Positions 9,099 through 17,820 of a stretch of DNA of 64,000 bases are shown in pieces (position 1 is the stretch's first letter; each line of letters begins with the position of its first letter). The position numbers were made by a program, and so were the translations under genes. The DNA lies in contig CALOFK010000001.1 of assembly GCA_942492595.1 (NCBI GenBank), positions 80,366-144,365 of the forward strand, in the 5' to 3' direction. The stretch comes from an uncultured Marinilabiliaceae bacterium (GTDB taxonomy: Bacteria; Bacteroidota; Bacteroidia; Bacteroidales; VadinHA17). Below the pieces are notes generated by a model. That model was not told the origin of the DNA. It saw nothing but the letters and a program-made list of their open reading frames with translations, and did no database searches.

Positions 9099-10514
9099 TT
9101 ACTGCACCTTAAGGGTGTTTGTAACTTTTCTGAAGTAGCTCTCTTTTATCTTATAATCTGCCCTGGCATCGATTAAAGAGCTATAGGCCTTTTGCCAGCT
9201 GGCCTGAGCCTCCAGCAGGTTAGCCAGGGTTTCCATACCCAGCTCATAATTATCTGTACTCACTCTTACATTTTCATCGGCCTGCTCCAGTGCAACACGA
9301 CCAATATCAAGTCTTGTTAGCGCATCAAGAAGGTTAAGCCTGGCCTGCTCAATATCGAGCTGTAGTAGTCTCTCTGTTTTTTCAAGCTCCATCTGTGCTA
9401 TTTCCCTGTCGGCCCTGGCGGACTTTATTTTCGCCCTTCCCTCGCCGAACTTTGTAATCGGGATACTGATACTGGCAATGGCGTTTATGCCGCCAGAATC
9501 ATAATTATCCATACCAGATAAATCAATATTATAATGGTTATATCCTAAAGATATACCGGCTGTAGGCAGATAATCGCCAAGAGTCATTTTAATATTCATA
9601 TCAGCTAAACCAGCCTTTTGCTCCAAAAGCCTGTATTCATATCTATTAGTGGCATCAAGTGGCAGCAGGGCTGTATTAATGGGCTGGCCAACCCTGATGC
9701 TATCGTTTATTATCAGGGATGTTGAAAAATCGGTCCCTATTAATCTACATATAGCCATTCTGCTCAGCTCTAATCCGCTCCTTGCTTTATGGGCCTGCAG
9801 AAGAGCTTCATTAAGTTGCACCTGTACCTTTAGCAACTCGTTGCGATTGGTCATTCCTGTATTATATGAATCCTCCACCATAGCAACAAGCCTTTCCAGA
9901 AGGGTACAATACTTTTCGGCCAGCTTAAGCTTTTCAGCTACACTTATATAGGTGTAATATGCCTGATCTGTCTCATAGAGAACCTGGTGCCTGTTTAGTT
10001 CGGTATTTAACTGAGCCATTTCATATCCCAATGCAGCCATCCTGTTTCCGGTAATAATCTTACCTCCGGCATAAAGTGGCTGTTCGGCGCTTAGTGATGC
10101 CAGCAATCCTCCATTAAGGCTAAAATCGAGAGGCAGATAAGCATAGGTGTTAAACACCGGGTTTCCATCAGGACCTATTATGGGCTGTCCGTCCAGCGGG
10201 TTAATTGCAAGGTCTGGCACCAATTCACCGGTGGCCATATCAAAATTATATGCAGGAAAGTATATCTCCTGATTTAGCTGTGTTTTGCTGTACATCCCCA
10301 ATACCGATGCAGAAATATTTGGAAACCAGGCCGACCTGGCTGCTGCTTTCTCATAGCCTGCTTTTTCAAGTGTTGTTTCTGCAATCCTGATCTTTTCGCT
10401 GTTCTCAATGGCCATCGATCTGCATTGTTCCAGATCAAGACTTAAAGTATCCTGGGCCTGAGAAACGGACGTAAAAAGAAACAGGAATATTGATATATAT
10501 GTAATTTGTTTCAT
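9099..10514 (-). CDS. TolC-family outer membrane efflux protein
   Basis: Signal peptide (...VSQA|QD). OEP helical repeats (LSLEQ..MAIENS; YELGMETLANLLEAQ). Last gene of the RND triplet. Confidence 0.92.
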   Translation of the reverse strand: MKQITYISIFLFLFTSVSQAQDTLSLDLEQCRSMAIENSEKIRIAETTLEKAGYEKAAARSAWFPNISASVLGMYSKTQLNQEIYFPAYNFDMATGELVPDLAINPLDGQPIIGPDGNPVFNTYAYLPLDFSLNGGLLASLSAEQPLYAGGKIITGNRMAALGYEMAQLNTELNRHQVLYETDQAYYTYISVAEKLKLAEKYCTLLERLVAMVEDSYNTGMTNRNELLKVQVQLNEALLQAHKARSGLELSRMAICRLIGTDFSTSLIINDSIRVGQPINTALLPLDATNRYEYRLLEQKAGLADMNIKMTLGDYLPTAGISLGYNHYNIDLSGMDNYDSGGINAIASISIPITKFGEGRAKIKSARADREIAQMELEKTERLLQLDIEQARLNLLDALTRLDIGRVALEQADENVRVSTDNYELGMETLANLLEAQASWQKAYSSLIDARADYKIKESYFRKVTNTLKVQ

Positions 10515-10519
10515 CTGTG

Positions 10520-13500
10520 CTATTCTTTTTCTATTATAATTTCGGATCTATTCTTCAATTGTGGCACCTCCACTCTAAAGAAAGATGAGTACAGTACAGG
10601 TACAAATACAAGAGTTACCAGGGTACCTATTAGCAGTCCGCCGATAATTGTTGCAGCCAGCGATGCATACATAGGATCTGTAAATAAGGGTATCATACCA
10701 AGTATAGTAGTGAGTGATGCCATTACAACCGGTCTTGTCCTGGATATGGTAGCATCAACAATTGCATGATAGGCTGAAGACGAATTTAGTAGTCTGTTGT
10801 TGATTTCATCGAGCAGAACAATGGCATTCTTTATTATCATCCCACTCAGTCCTACCGCTCCTATTATAGCTACAAAAGAAAAGGGCTGGCCAGAAAGGAT
10901 AAGCCCGGGAACAATCCCTATAATTGCAAGAGGCAAGCATAGAATAATTATCAGTGGACGCTTATAGTCTGCAAAAAGAAGAAGCAGTATAAGCAAGATA
11001 ATACCTGCGGCAATGGGTAACATCCCAAATATACCTTCCAGTCCATCTTTCTTCAGCTCCTGCTCTCCTACCCACCTGTACGTATATCCATCGGGCAGAG
11101 GCATAATGCTTATTAACTTATCCAGTTCGCTCTGCACATATGAGGGACTGATATTGTCGACCGGATCGCACTGAGCCTGGATTGCTCTTTTGCTGTTTAT
11201 CCGACGTACAACCGGTTCTTCCCAGTCAAGCACAACACCATCTGTTACTGTGCTCAGTGGAACAGCACTAAGTGTTTCATCGAGCAGATTGTCAGCCATA
11301 AGAGCACCTGTCATAATACCCATTACTGTTTGCATATTTGCCACGCCTCCTATATTAGGGATTGTGGGCCATACAGGAATATCATTCAGGTCTTCAATCC
11401 TCTTTCCCTCCTTATCCCGTACCCGGAACCTGACTGTAAGAGGTGTTTCTCCCTGGTAGATCCTGGTAAGGGGCAGTCCATCGCTTGCAGCAAGGATGGA
11501 GGTGCTGATATCAGCCCTGGTAATAGAGGCCCTGTTAGCGGCGATAGGGCTATATATCGCCTTAAGTGTTTTTGCTTTGGGCTCCCAGTCGTTAGATACA
11601 GTATGCTTATCTACATGTTGGTTCCGGAGCATATAATCCTCTGCCTGACTACTTAACTGCTTAAGAACTGCAGGGTCGGGCCCGGTAAATTCAACTTCAA
11701 TCCTGTGACTGGAGGCTACAGATAAGGTATAGTCTCTTATTCTGCTTTGCGCCTCAGGATGATTTAAATGCAGGTAATCCTGAATCAGGGGCTGCATTTT
11801 CTTCATCGTTTTATAATCTTGAAAGTTGATAATTATTTCACCGTAGTTGTCGGCATTCTCTGACATTACACCCCTGACCAGGCAATAACGCATAGGGGTC
11901 ATTCCAAGACTTGTAACAACCATATCAACCTCTTCGAAAGAATTTAAATAATCTGATATTTCAAGCAGATCGGCATAAACGCTCTCCGGTGTATTACCGA
12001 CCGGAAGTGAATATTCAATATAAGACTGATTATATTCAAAATCCGGGAAGAAGGTATTATCTACTTTCTTGAAATTCAGGAAGGCTCCCAGCAATAGAAT
12101 TACCACTACTGCAATTACAATCAACCTGTTATGCAGGCTGAAATCAAGTATCCTGCGGGTGATTCTGTACAGGGGTTTATTATAAATATTTGTTTCTTCT
12201 TCTCTTTCTTCCTTATCTTTCTTTTTACTGTAAAAAAAAGATGCAAAGATCGGAACCTGTGTTAAAGAGAGGATCCAACTTATAGCCAGGGATATTGCCA
12301 GCACAACAAAAAGATCCCTGGCATAGGTCCCTGCGATATCCTGAGAAAGGTATACGGGCAAGAAGGCGGTAATAGCTATAGCGGTGGCCCCCAGAAGAGG
12401 AATCGCTGTTTTTTTGGCAGATGAGGTACAGGCTTCCCTTCCTTTTTTTAGTTTGCGGTCGACCAATATGCCGTCCAGAACAACTATAGCGTTATCAACC
12501 AGCATACCCATGGCAACAATAAAAGCACCGAGGGATATCCGCTGTAAGGTTCCATCAGCCAGCAGAAGAAAAGGGAATGTAGCCAGAATAGTCATTAAGA
12601 GACCAGAGCCAATTATTACACCTCCCCTGAATCCCATTGTAAACATCAGCACAACAATTACAACCGTAACCGAAAGAATCAGGTTCCTCATAAATCCACT
12701 AATGGAATCGCTAACCTTATCGGGTTGGAAGAAAACCTTTTCAAAGCTTAAACCATTAGGAATACCTGGCCTTAGCTCGCTCATTAAATGTTCAACATCC
12801 TTACCGACCTGAATAATGTTTTCACCACTTTCCATTGATATCCCTATACCCAGCGCTTTCTGGTTATTAACAAAGAGCTGGTTTCTCATAGGTTCAGGAT
12901 AACCATAGCTAATATTGGCAAGGTCTCCAAGTTTATATGATGCTCCTGCTGCGGAGCTTATAATAATATTGCCCAGGTCTTCAATGCTAGCTGACTTATT
13001 GCTTACGCTTACCCGCATTTGCTGTTCTCCGCTAAACATATGCCCTGAATATAATTCTCCGGTGAAATCGCCCAGGGCCATAAATATCTGCAAGGGCAAT
13101 ATCCCTGTCTCACTAAAGCGGTCGGGTGAAATCGTAATTAGTATTTCCGGGTGTTGCTCTCCATAGATACTTACCTTGCCTACCCCATCAATTTCGAGCA
13201 TCTGTCGTCGTATAAAATCGGCATAAACACTCATCTCGTCATAGGAATATCCCTTATCACCAATCATCGCGTAGAACATCCCATATACATCGCTTACATC
13301 ATCATAAATAACTGGTTGCTGCACGCCCTCGGGCATCCTTCTCATGGCCAGGTCAATTTTTCTCCTGAGAAACTCCCAGCGTTGCTGCATCTCCTCCTGG
13401 GGTACGCTCATCTCCAGTTTTAGCTCAATAACCGACACATTTGCTTCTGAGCGGGATTTGATGCTGGATATATCTGAGAGAGCTGATATTTCCTCTTCCA

Positions 13501-13699
13501 GAACAGAGGTAACCTGCATCTCAACATCGTGAGCAGAAGCACCCGGATATATTGTAACAACATTAGCAACCATAGCTATTACCTCGGGGTCTTCGAGCTT
13601 ACTTAGGGCCCTGAACGAAAATACTCCACCCACCACCAGGGCAAACATGATGAAATAGAAAATTTTTTTCTTTTGAAAAACCAAGTCTGAAATATGCAT
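10520..13699 (-). CDS. AcrB/AcrD/AcrF-family RND permease
   Basis: 1059 aa with KLEDPE, VTIYPGAS..DVE..VT..LEE, GMLVDNAIVVLD, MIIKNAIVLLD and RTRPVVMASLTTILGMIPL. Confidence 0.96.
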   Translation of the reverse strand: MHISDLVFQKKKIFYFIMFALVVGGVFSFRALSKLEDPEVIAMVANVVTIYPGASAHDVEMQVTSVLEEEISALSDISSIKSRSEANVSVIELKLEMSVPQEEMQQRWEFLRRKIDLAMRRMPEGVQQPVIYDDVSDVYGMFYAMIGDKGYSYDEMSVYADFIRRQMLEIDGVGKVSIYGEQHPEILITISPDRFSETGILPLQIFMALGDFTGELYSGHMFSGEQQMRVSVSNKSASIEDLGNIIISSAAGASYKLGDLANISYGYPEPMRNQLFVNNQKALGIGISMESGENIIQVGKDVEHLMSELRPGIPNGLSFEKVFFQPDKVSDSISGFMRNLILSVTVVIVVLMFTMGFRGGVIIGSGLLMTILATFPFLLLADGTLQRISLGAFIVAMGMLVDNAIVVLDGILVDRKLKKGREACTSSAKKTAIPLLGATAIAITAFLPVYLSQDIAGTYARDLFVVLAISLAISWILSLTQVPIFASFFYSKKKDKEEREEETNIYNKPLYRITRRILDFSLHNRLIVIAVVVILLLGAFLNFKKVDNTFFPDFEYNQSYIEYSLPVGNTPESVYADLLEISDYLNSFEEVDMVVTSLGMTPMRYCLVRGVMSENADNYGEIIINFQDYKTMKKMQPLIQDYLHLNHPEAQSRIRDYTLSVASSHRIEVEFTGPDPAVLKQLSSQAEDYMLRNQHVDKHTVSNDWEPKAKTLKAIYSPIAANRASITRADISTSILAASDGLPLTRIYQGETPLTVRFRVRDKEGKRIEDLNDIPVWPTIPNIGGVANMQTVMGIMTGALMADNLLDETLSAVPLSTVTDGVVLDWEEPVVRRINSKRAIQAQCDPVDNISPSYVQSELDKLISIMPLPDGYTYRWVGEQELKKDGLEGIFGMLPIAAGIILLILLLLFADYKRPLIIILCLPLAIIGIVPGLILSGQPFSFVAIIGAVGLSGMIIKNAIVLLDEINNRLLNSSSAYHAIVDATISRTRPVVMASLTTILGMIPLFTDPMYASLAATIIGGLLIGTLVTLVFVPVLYSSFFRVEVPQLKNRSEIIIEKE

Positions 13700-13709
13700 G
13701 CTCCGGGTA

Positions 13710-14801
13710 TTAAATTAGATTTCCAATATTTGTCTTACTTGCTTTATCAAGGACCCTTACTTCTTCATCCTCATGCAGGTGATCCAGCCCCCCGACAACA
13801 AGCTCTTCGCCAGCTTTCAGTCCCTCAATAATCCCAATATTACCGTCTTTAATAAAATCATTGGTTTTTACCCTCCTTGCTTTAACAGTATTATCCTCAA
13901 CTACCCACACATAGCTTTCTTCGCCACGGGAAAAGATTGCATTAAGAGGGATGCTCACAAGTGAGCTGTCTCCGTTAGAATAAGAGATATTTACCGAGAC
14001 ATTCATTCCCGGAGAAAGAAGAGAACCAGGTTCGGGCTGATGATAGAAGTAAAACCTGAAGAGCCCGTTGCTGTTCGCTTTTATATTATTTGCATAGAAG
14101 GTTAAGGGGAATTTTTCACCCGGAATATCTTCCTGCACACATTCTATCATACTTATTTTGTCTTTTACCAGGTAAAGAGATGTGGGCACATCAACCTCGA
14201 CCTTCAGGAGGCTTACATCTATCAGGCGGGCAAAGGGTGTTCCTATATTAAGCATCTCTCCCTCCTCGAACATAAGTGCAGTTATATAGCCCGAATAGGG
14301 TGCGTATAGCCTGGTGTCGTTTAACTGATCATTAGCATTCTTAAGCTGAATCTCCGCCATTTCCTTGCCAGCTTTCATTTTTTCATAATCATTATCGGCT
14401 ACTGTTTTTCGCTTATTTAATTCCTCTATCCGCCGATATTCTTCCCTGAGCTGATCTACCCGTGCCTGGATAGCTGTTTTTTGAACCAGATAATCGCGTT
14501 GGTCGATCTCAGCAATAAGCTGTCCTTTCTTTACATATTGACCCTCCTTTATTAATATCCTGCTAATCGGGCCCCCAACCCTGAAGGCCAGATTTATCTC
14601 CTCAGCTTCATCTATAACCCCCGGAAATTGCTTTTCTCTTACGGGATTAAGCTTTTGAACTTTTACTGTTTTTACAAGCTTAGTATAAGAGTCGGCTTCA
14701 GCTTCTTTATTAAAGCTGCAGGAACTTAAAACAGCCGATAGCAATAATACGGGGAGTAATATTCCCTTGACGCTTTCTATAGTTCTGTTCTTTAAATTCA
14801 T
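13710..14801 (-). CDS. RND periplasmic adaptor (MFP) lipoprotein
   Basis: Start placed at ATG 14801 (MNLKNR...LLSAVLSSC lipobox); the ORF track extends to 14861. Motifs LAFRVGGPI and LYAPYSGYI. Confidence 0.92.
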   Translation of the reverse strand: MNLKNRTIESVKGILLPVLLLSAVLSSCSFNKEAEADSYTKLVKTVKVQKLNPVREKQFPGVIDEAEEINLAFRVGGPISRILIKEGQYVKKGQLIAEIDQRDYLVQKTAIQARVDQLREEYRRIEELNKRKTVADNDYEKMKAGKEMAEIQLKNANDQLNDTRLYAPYSGYITALMFEEGEMLNIGTPFARLIDVSLLKVEVDVPTSLYLVKDKISMIECVQEDIPGEKFPLTFYANNIKANSNGLFRFYFYHQPEPGSLLSPGMNVSVNISYSNGDSSLVSIPLNAIFSRGEESYVWVVEDNTVKARRVKTNDFIKDGNIGIIEGLKAGEELVVGGLDHLHEDEEVRVLDKASKTNIGNLI

Positions 14802-15049
14802 ATTATTGGGATTTTCTGGTTTAAGAATAAATTTTAACAAAATTATACCTGTGGCTGGCAATAAGTGGTATGCTGCCGATAGCTTATAACCGAAATGCTA
14901 ATTTTATAGAGTGAAGTGTGCTTTTTAGGGGATGCAATTGGGGATAAAAAAAAGCTGCCTGATAAGTATTTAGCTCCGGAAGCCCTGAGTGAGTTTTGGC
15001 TTAGAATGAATTTAGCGTATTTTTACCTTCCCTAAAAGGTGACTGCCAT

Positions 15050-15730
15050 ATGAGAGTTTTACTGGTTGAAGATGAAAAAGAGCTTGCAGGGTCAATCATT
15101 TCTTATTTAAAAAACAGTGAGAAGATCGACTGTGATCATGCTATGAATCTCGATAAAGCCTCGGGACTTTGTGAACTATATGACTATGATTGTTTTATCG
15201 TAGATATAGGCCTGCCAGACGGAAGCGGCCTTGACCTGATAAGGCAGATAAAATCTAATAACAATCAGGCCGGTATTATAATAATCTCAGCCAGGGATTC
15301 TATCGACGACAGGGTAAGCGGACTAAATATAGGTGCTGATGATTACCTTGTTAAGCCCTTCCATCTATCTGAGCTTAATGCAAGGATCTATTCGCTGGTA
15401 AGGAGACTGAAGTTTGAAGGAAGCAGCGTATTTGTTTTTAACGAAATATCCCTCGACCCTCAATCGCATGAGGTAAGGATAAATGATATGCCTGTTGATC
15501 TCACAAAAAGTGAATATAATATACTGTATTACCTGATAAGCAATAAGAACCAGGTAATATCAAAAACATCAATAGCCGAACATCTGGCAGGCGACTATGT
15601 TGATGTAATGGACTCTCTTGATTTTGTTTACCTGCATATTAAAAACCTCAGGAAGAAACTTATAAAAGCAGGCTGTAACGATTATATTAAGACTGTTTAT
15701 GGTGTAGGTTATAAATTTATTGCCGAATGA
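15050..15730 (+). CDS. OmpR-family response regulator
   Basis: LLVEDE, VDIGLPDGSG, GADDYLVKPF, LTKSEY, IKTVYGVGYKF. Confidence 0.96.
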   Translation: MRVLLVEDEKELAGSIISYLKNSEKIDCDHAMNLDKASGLCELYDYDCFIVDIGLPDGSGLDLIRQIKSNNNQAGIIIISARDSIDDRVSGLNIGADDYLVKPFHLSELNARIYSLVRRLKFEGSSVFVFNEISLDPQSHEVRINDMPVDLTKSEYNILYYLISNKNQVISKTSIAEHLAGDYVDVMDSLDFVYLHIKNLRKKLIKAGCNDYIKTVYGVGYKFIAE

Positions 15731-17028
15731 AACTGCTCTCAAAAACCAGCCTTCTTATAATAACAGGAAGTATCTTTATTTTCTGGATAGGAAACCTGGT
15801 TTTCTTTCGCATTACAAGAGAGGCCATTAACGAGCATATCAACAATGAGCTGATGACCCAGATGGCCGGTGTAATGACCCGCATTAACCTGGGCGAAGAA
15901 ATAAATGAGCTGCCCGGCTCTTACGACCAGGTTTCAGTAATTTCTTCTGATGCTGCCTCTGTTCGTCCGCCTGTATTTAGCGACACCGTGCTATATAATG
16001 CCTCTCAACAAAAATTTATAGCTCACCGGGCACTTCGCTTTTCATATATGGTAAATGATGGCACCAGGGATATTATTATATTTAAATCTCTCCTTTCTTC
16101 AGATGCACTGATTGAAAGAATAACCCTTCTTTCGGTTGCTCTTTTAATTGTATTTATTATTATGATATATATCCTTAACAGGTATATCTTTACTAATGTC
16201 TGGTCGACATTTTCAAACAGCCTGGAGCGCCTCGATATTTATGATTTTAATAAACCCGGGGGACTGGTATTGCCGGCATCTGAAATTACAGAATTCGATA
16301 AGCTTAACAGGGTCCTTCTTGAAATGGCCGACCGCATACAGTCTGACTATAAAAGCCTTAAAGAGCTTACGGCAAATACATCACACGAAATACAAACACC
16401 CCTGGCAATAATAAGAAACAAAGCTGAGCTGCTACTGCAGTCGGAAAGTCTGAGCGAGACAGATCTTGATACAGTAAATTCGATAATTAATACAACAGGA
16501 AGGCTTTCAAAGCTCAACCAGTCCTTATTGCTTATTGCCAAAATTGAAAATAAGCAGTTTGAAGATAATGAGGAAATAAAACTTGAGAAGGCCCTTGAAA
16601 AATATATTGATAATCTCGATGTACTTATTAATGCCGGAGGCTTTAAAGTTATTTCAAAGCTTAATGCCTGCAGCATAAGGATGAATCATATGCTACTTGA
16701 TATCCTGATTTCGAACCTCCTTAAAAATGCAGTCACCCACGGAACAAAGGGATGCGATATTGGCGTAAATCTTGACAACTGTGCAGTTGAAATTAGCAAC
16801 CACGGTGCGCCCCTGTCTTTTTCGAAGGATCTGCTTTTTAAAAGATTTATCAAGGGCTCAGGGAAAGAAGGCAGCACAGGAATCGGCCTCGAAATTGTAA
16901 GAAAGATCTGTGGTTATTACAGGATTGAGGTAGGCCATACTTATATTGAAGACCTTCATACCTTCAGGGTTGATTTTTCAAATATCAGGACAGGGGAGGT
17001 GATTGAAGATTATAAGATTAAAGATTGA
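15727..17028 (+). CDS. Sensor histidine kinase (HisKA + HATPase)
   Basis: Two TM helices, H-box NTSHEIQTPL, N-box NLLKNA, G-box TGIGLEIV. ATGA overlap with the regulator. Confidence 0.95.
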   Translation: MKLLSKTSLLIITGSIFIFWIGNLVFFRITREAINEHINNELMTQMAGVMTRINLGEEINELPGSYDQVSVISSDAASVRPPVFSDTVLYNASQQKFIAHRALRFSYMVNDGTRDIIIFKSLLSSDALIERITLLSVALLIVFIIMIYILNRYIFTNVWSTFSNSLERLDIYDFNKPGGLVLPASEITEFDKLNRVLLEMADRIQSDYKSLKELTANTSHEIQTPLAIIRNKAELLLQSESLSETDLDTVNSIINTTGRLSKLNQSLLLIAKIENKQFEDNEEIKLEKALEKYIDNLDVLINAGGFKVISKLNACSIRMNHMLLDILISNLLKNAVTHGTKGCDIGVNLDNCAVEISNHGAPLSFSKDLLFKRFIKGSGKEGSTGIGLEIVRKICGYYRIEVGHTYIEDLHTFRVDFSNIRTGEVIEDYKIKD

Positions 17029-17036
17029 AGATTTAA
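17001..17036 (+). repeat. Degenerate heptamer tandem repeat (GATTDAA)x5
   Basis: GATTGAA GATTATAA GATTAAA GATTGAA GATTTAA, overlapping the last codons and stop of the kinase. Confidence 0.75.
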
Positions 17037-17039
17037 GAC

Positions 17040-17483
17040 ATGCAAGAGATATATCCATATTTTATTAAATTCCATATAGTCTTTAGTGTAATATTTCTTA
17101 TTGCGATAGTTTACATTACAATTTACTATATAATTGGACTGGCTAATAAAAGAGAATATGGATATAAAGAAACAAGGCTAAGAAAGACTTTTCTTACCCT
17201 CCTCTATGCAGACCTTATTATAGGAATAATCCTTTACTTCTTCCTTCAGAAACCAGCTGAAATAATGACAACAGAAGTGGCAATGAACCACTCAAGCCTT
17301 CGCTTTTGGGCTATTCAGCATTTTTCAAATGTTATTTTTGTAGTTATTCTCTGTATTACCGGTAACCTACTTATAAAAAAAGCGCCCCTGTCGGAAAAAA
17401 AATTCAAATATTCTGTTTTCTATTTCGGTATATCTACGATAATAATAATTATTTCTGTTGCCCTTTTTGTGCTTAGGAAATAA
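17040..17483 (+). CDS. 4-TM membrane protein resembling a Bacteroidota family often labelled 'cytochrome B'
   Basis: Four hydrophobic segments, His12 and His94, and the motif AMNHSSLRFWAIQH. Confidence 0.6.
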   Translation: MQEIYPYFIKFHIVFSVIFLIAIVYITIYYIIGLANKREYGYKETRLRKTFLTLLYADLIIGIILYFFLQKPAEIMTTEVAMNHSSLRFWAIQHFSNVIFVVILCITGNLLIKKAPLSEKKFKYSVFYFGISTIIIIISVALFVLRK

Positions 17484-17641
17484 TCTTTTCGCTCCTATCA
17501 TAATGGCATTCAGCATATTAGAGAGGCAGGCCCAATAAAGACCCAATTCGACAGATTTTCTACATATTTGGATATTACATTTGATCCAGAATTAGTTTTA
17601 AAAAACTTTGAACAAAACATAAGAGATAATTAAATGGTTTT

Positions 17642-17677
17642 AAAAGAAGCGACCTGGTCAGTCGCTTCTTTTTTTTT
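17642..17677 (+). terminator. Intrinsic terminator (probably bidirectional)
   Basis: AAAAGAAGCGAC-ctggtca-GTCGCTTCTTTT, a 12-bp perfect stem followed by a T tract. Confidence 0.92.
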
Positions 17678-17738
17678 GTTCTTACCTCAAAGCCCGGCTA
17701 CTTCTTATAATATGCAAGCAGTACTAATTATTCGATTA

Positions 17739-17758
17739 GGACATATATTTTAATGTCC
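17739..17758. promoter_or_regulatory. Inverted repeat upstream of czcA, candidate operator
   Basis: GGACAT-atatttta-ATGTCC, about 60 nt upstream of the ATG at 17821. The regulator is unknown. Confidence 0.35.
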
Positions 17759-17820
17759 AAAAAAATAATTAACTTGGCCAGACCCAATGGTCGGTAATCA
17801 AACATTTTTTCAATAAAGCC

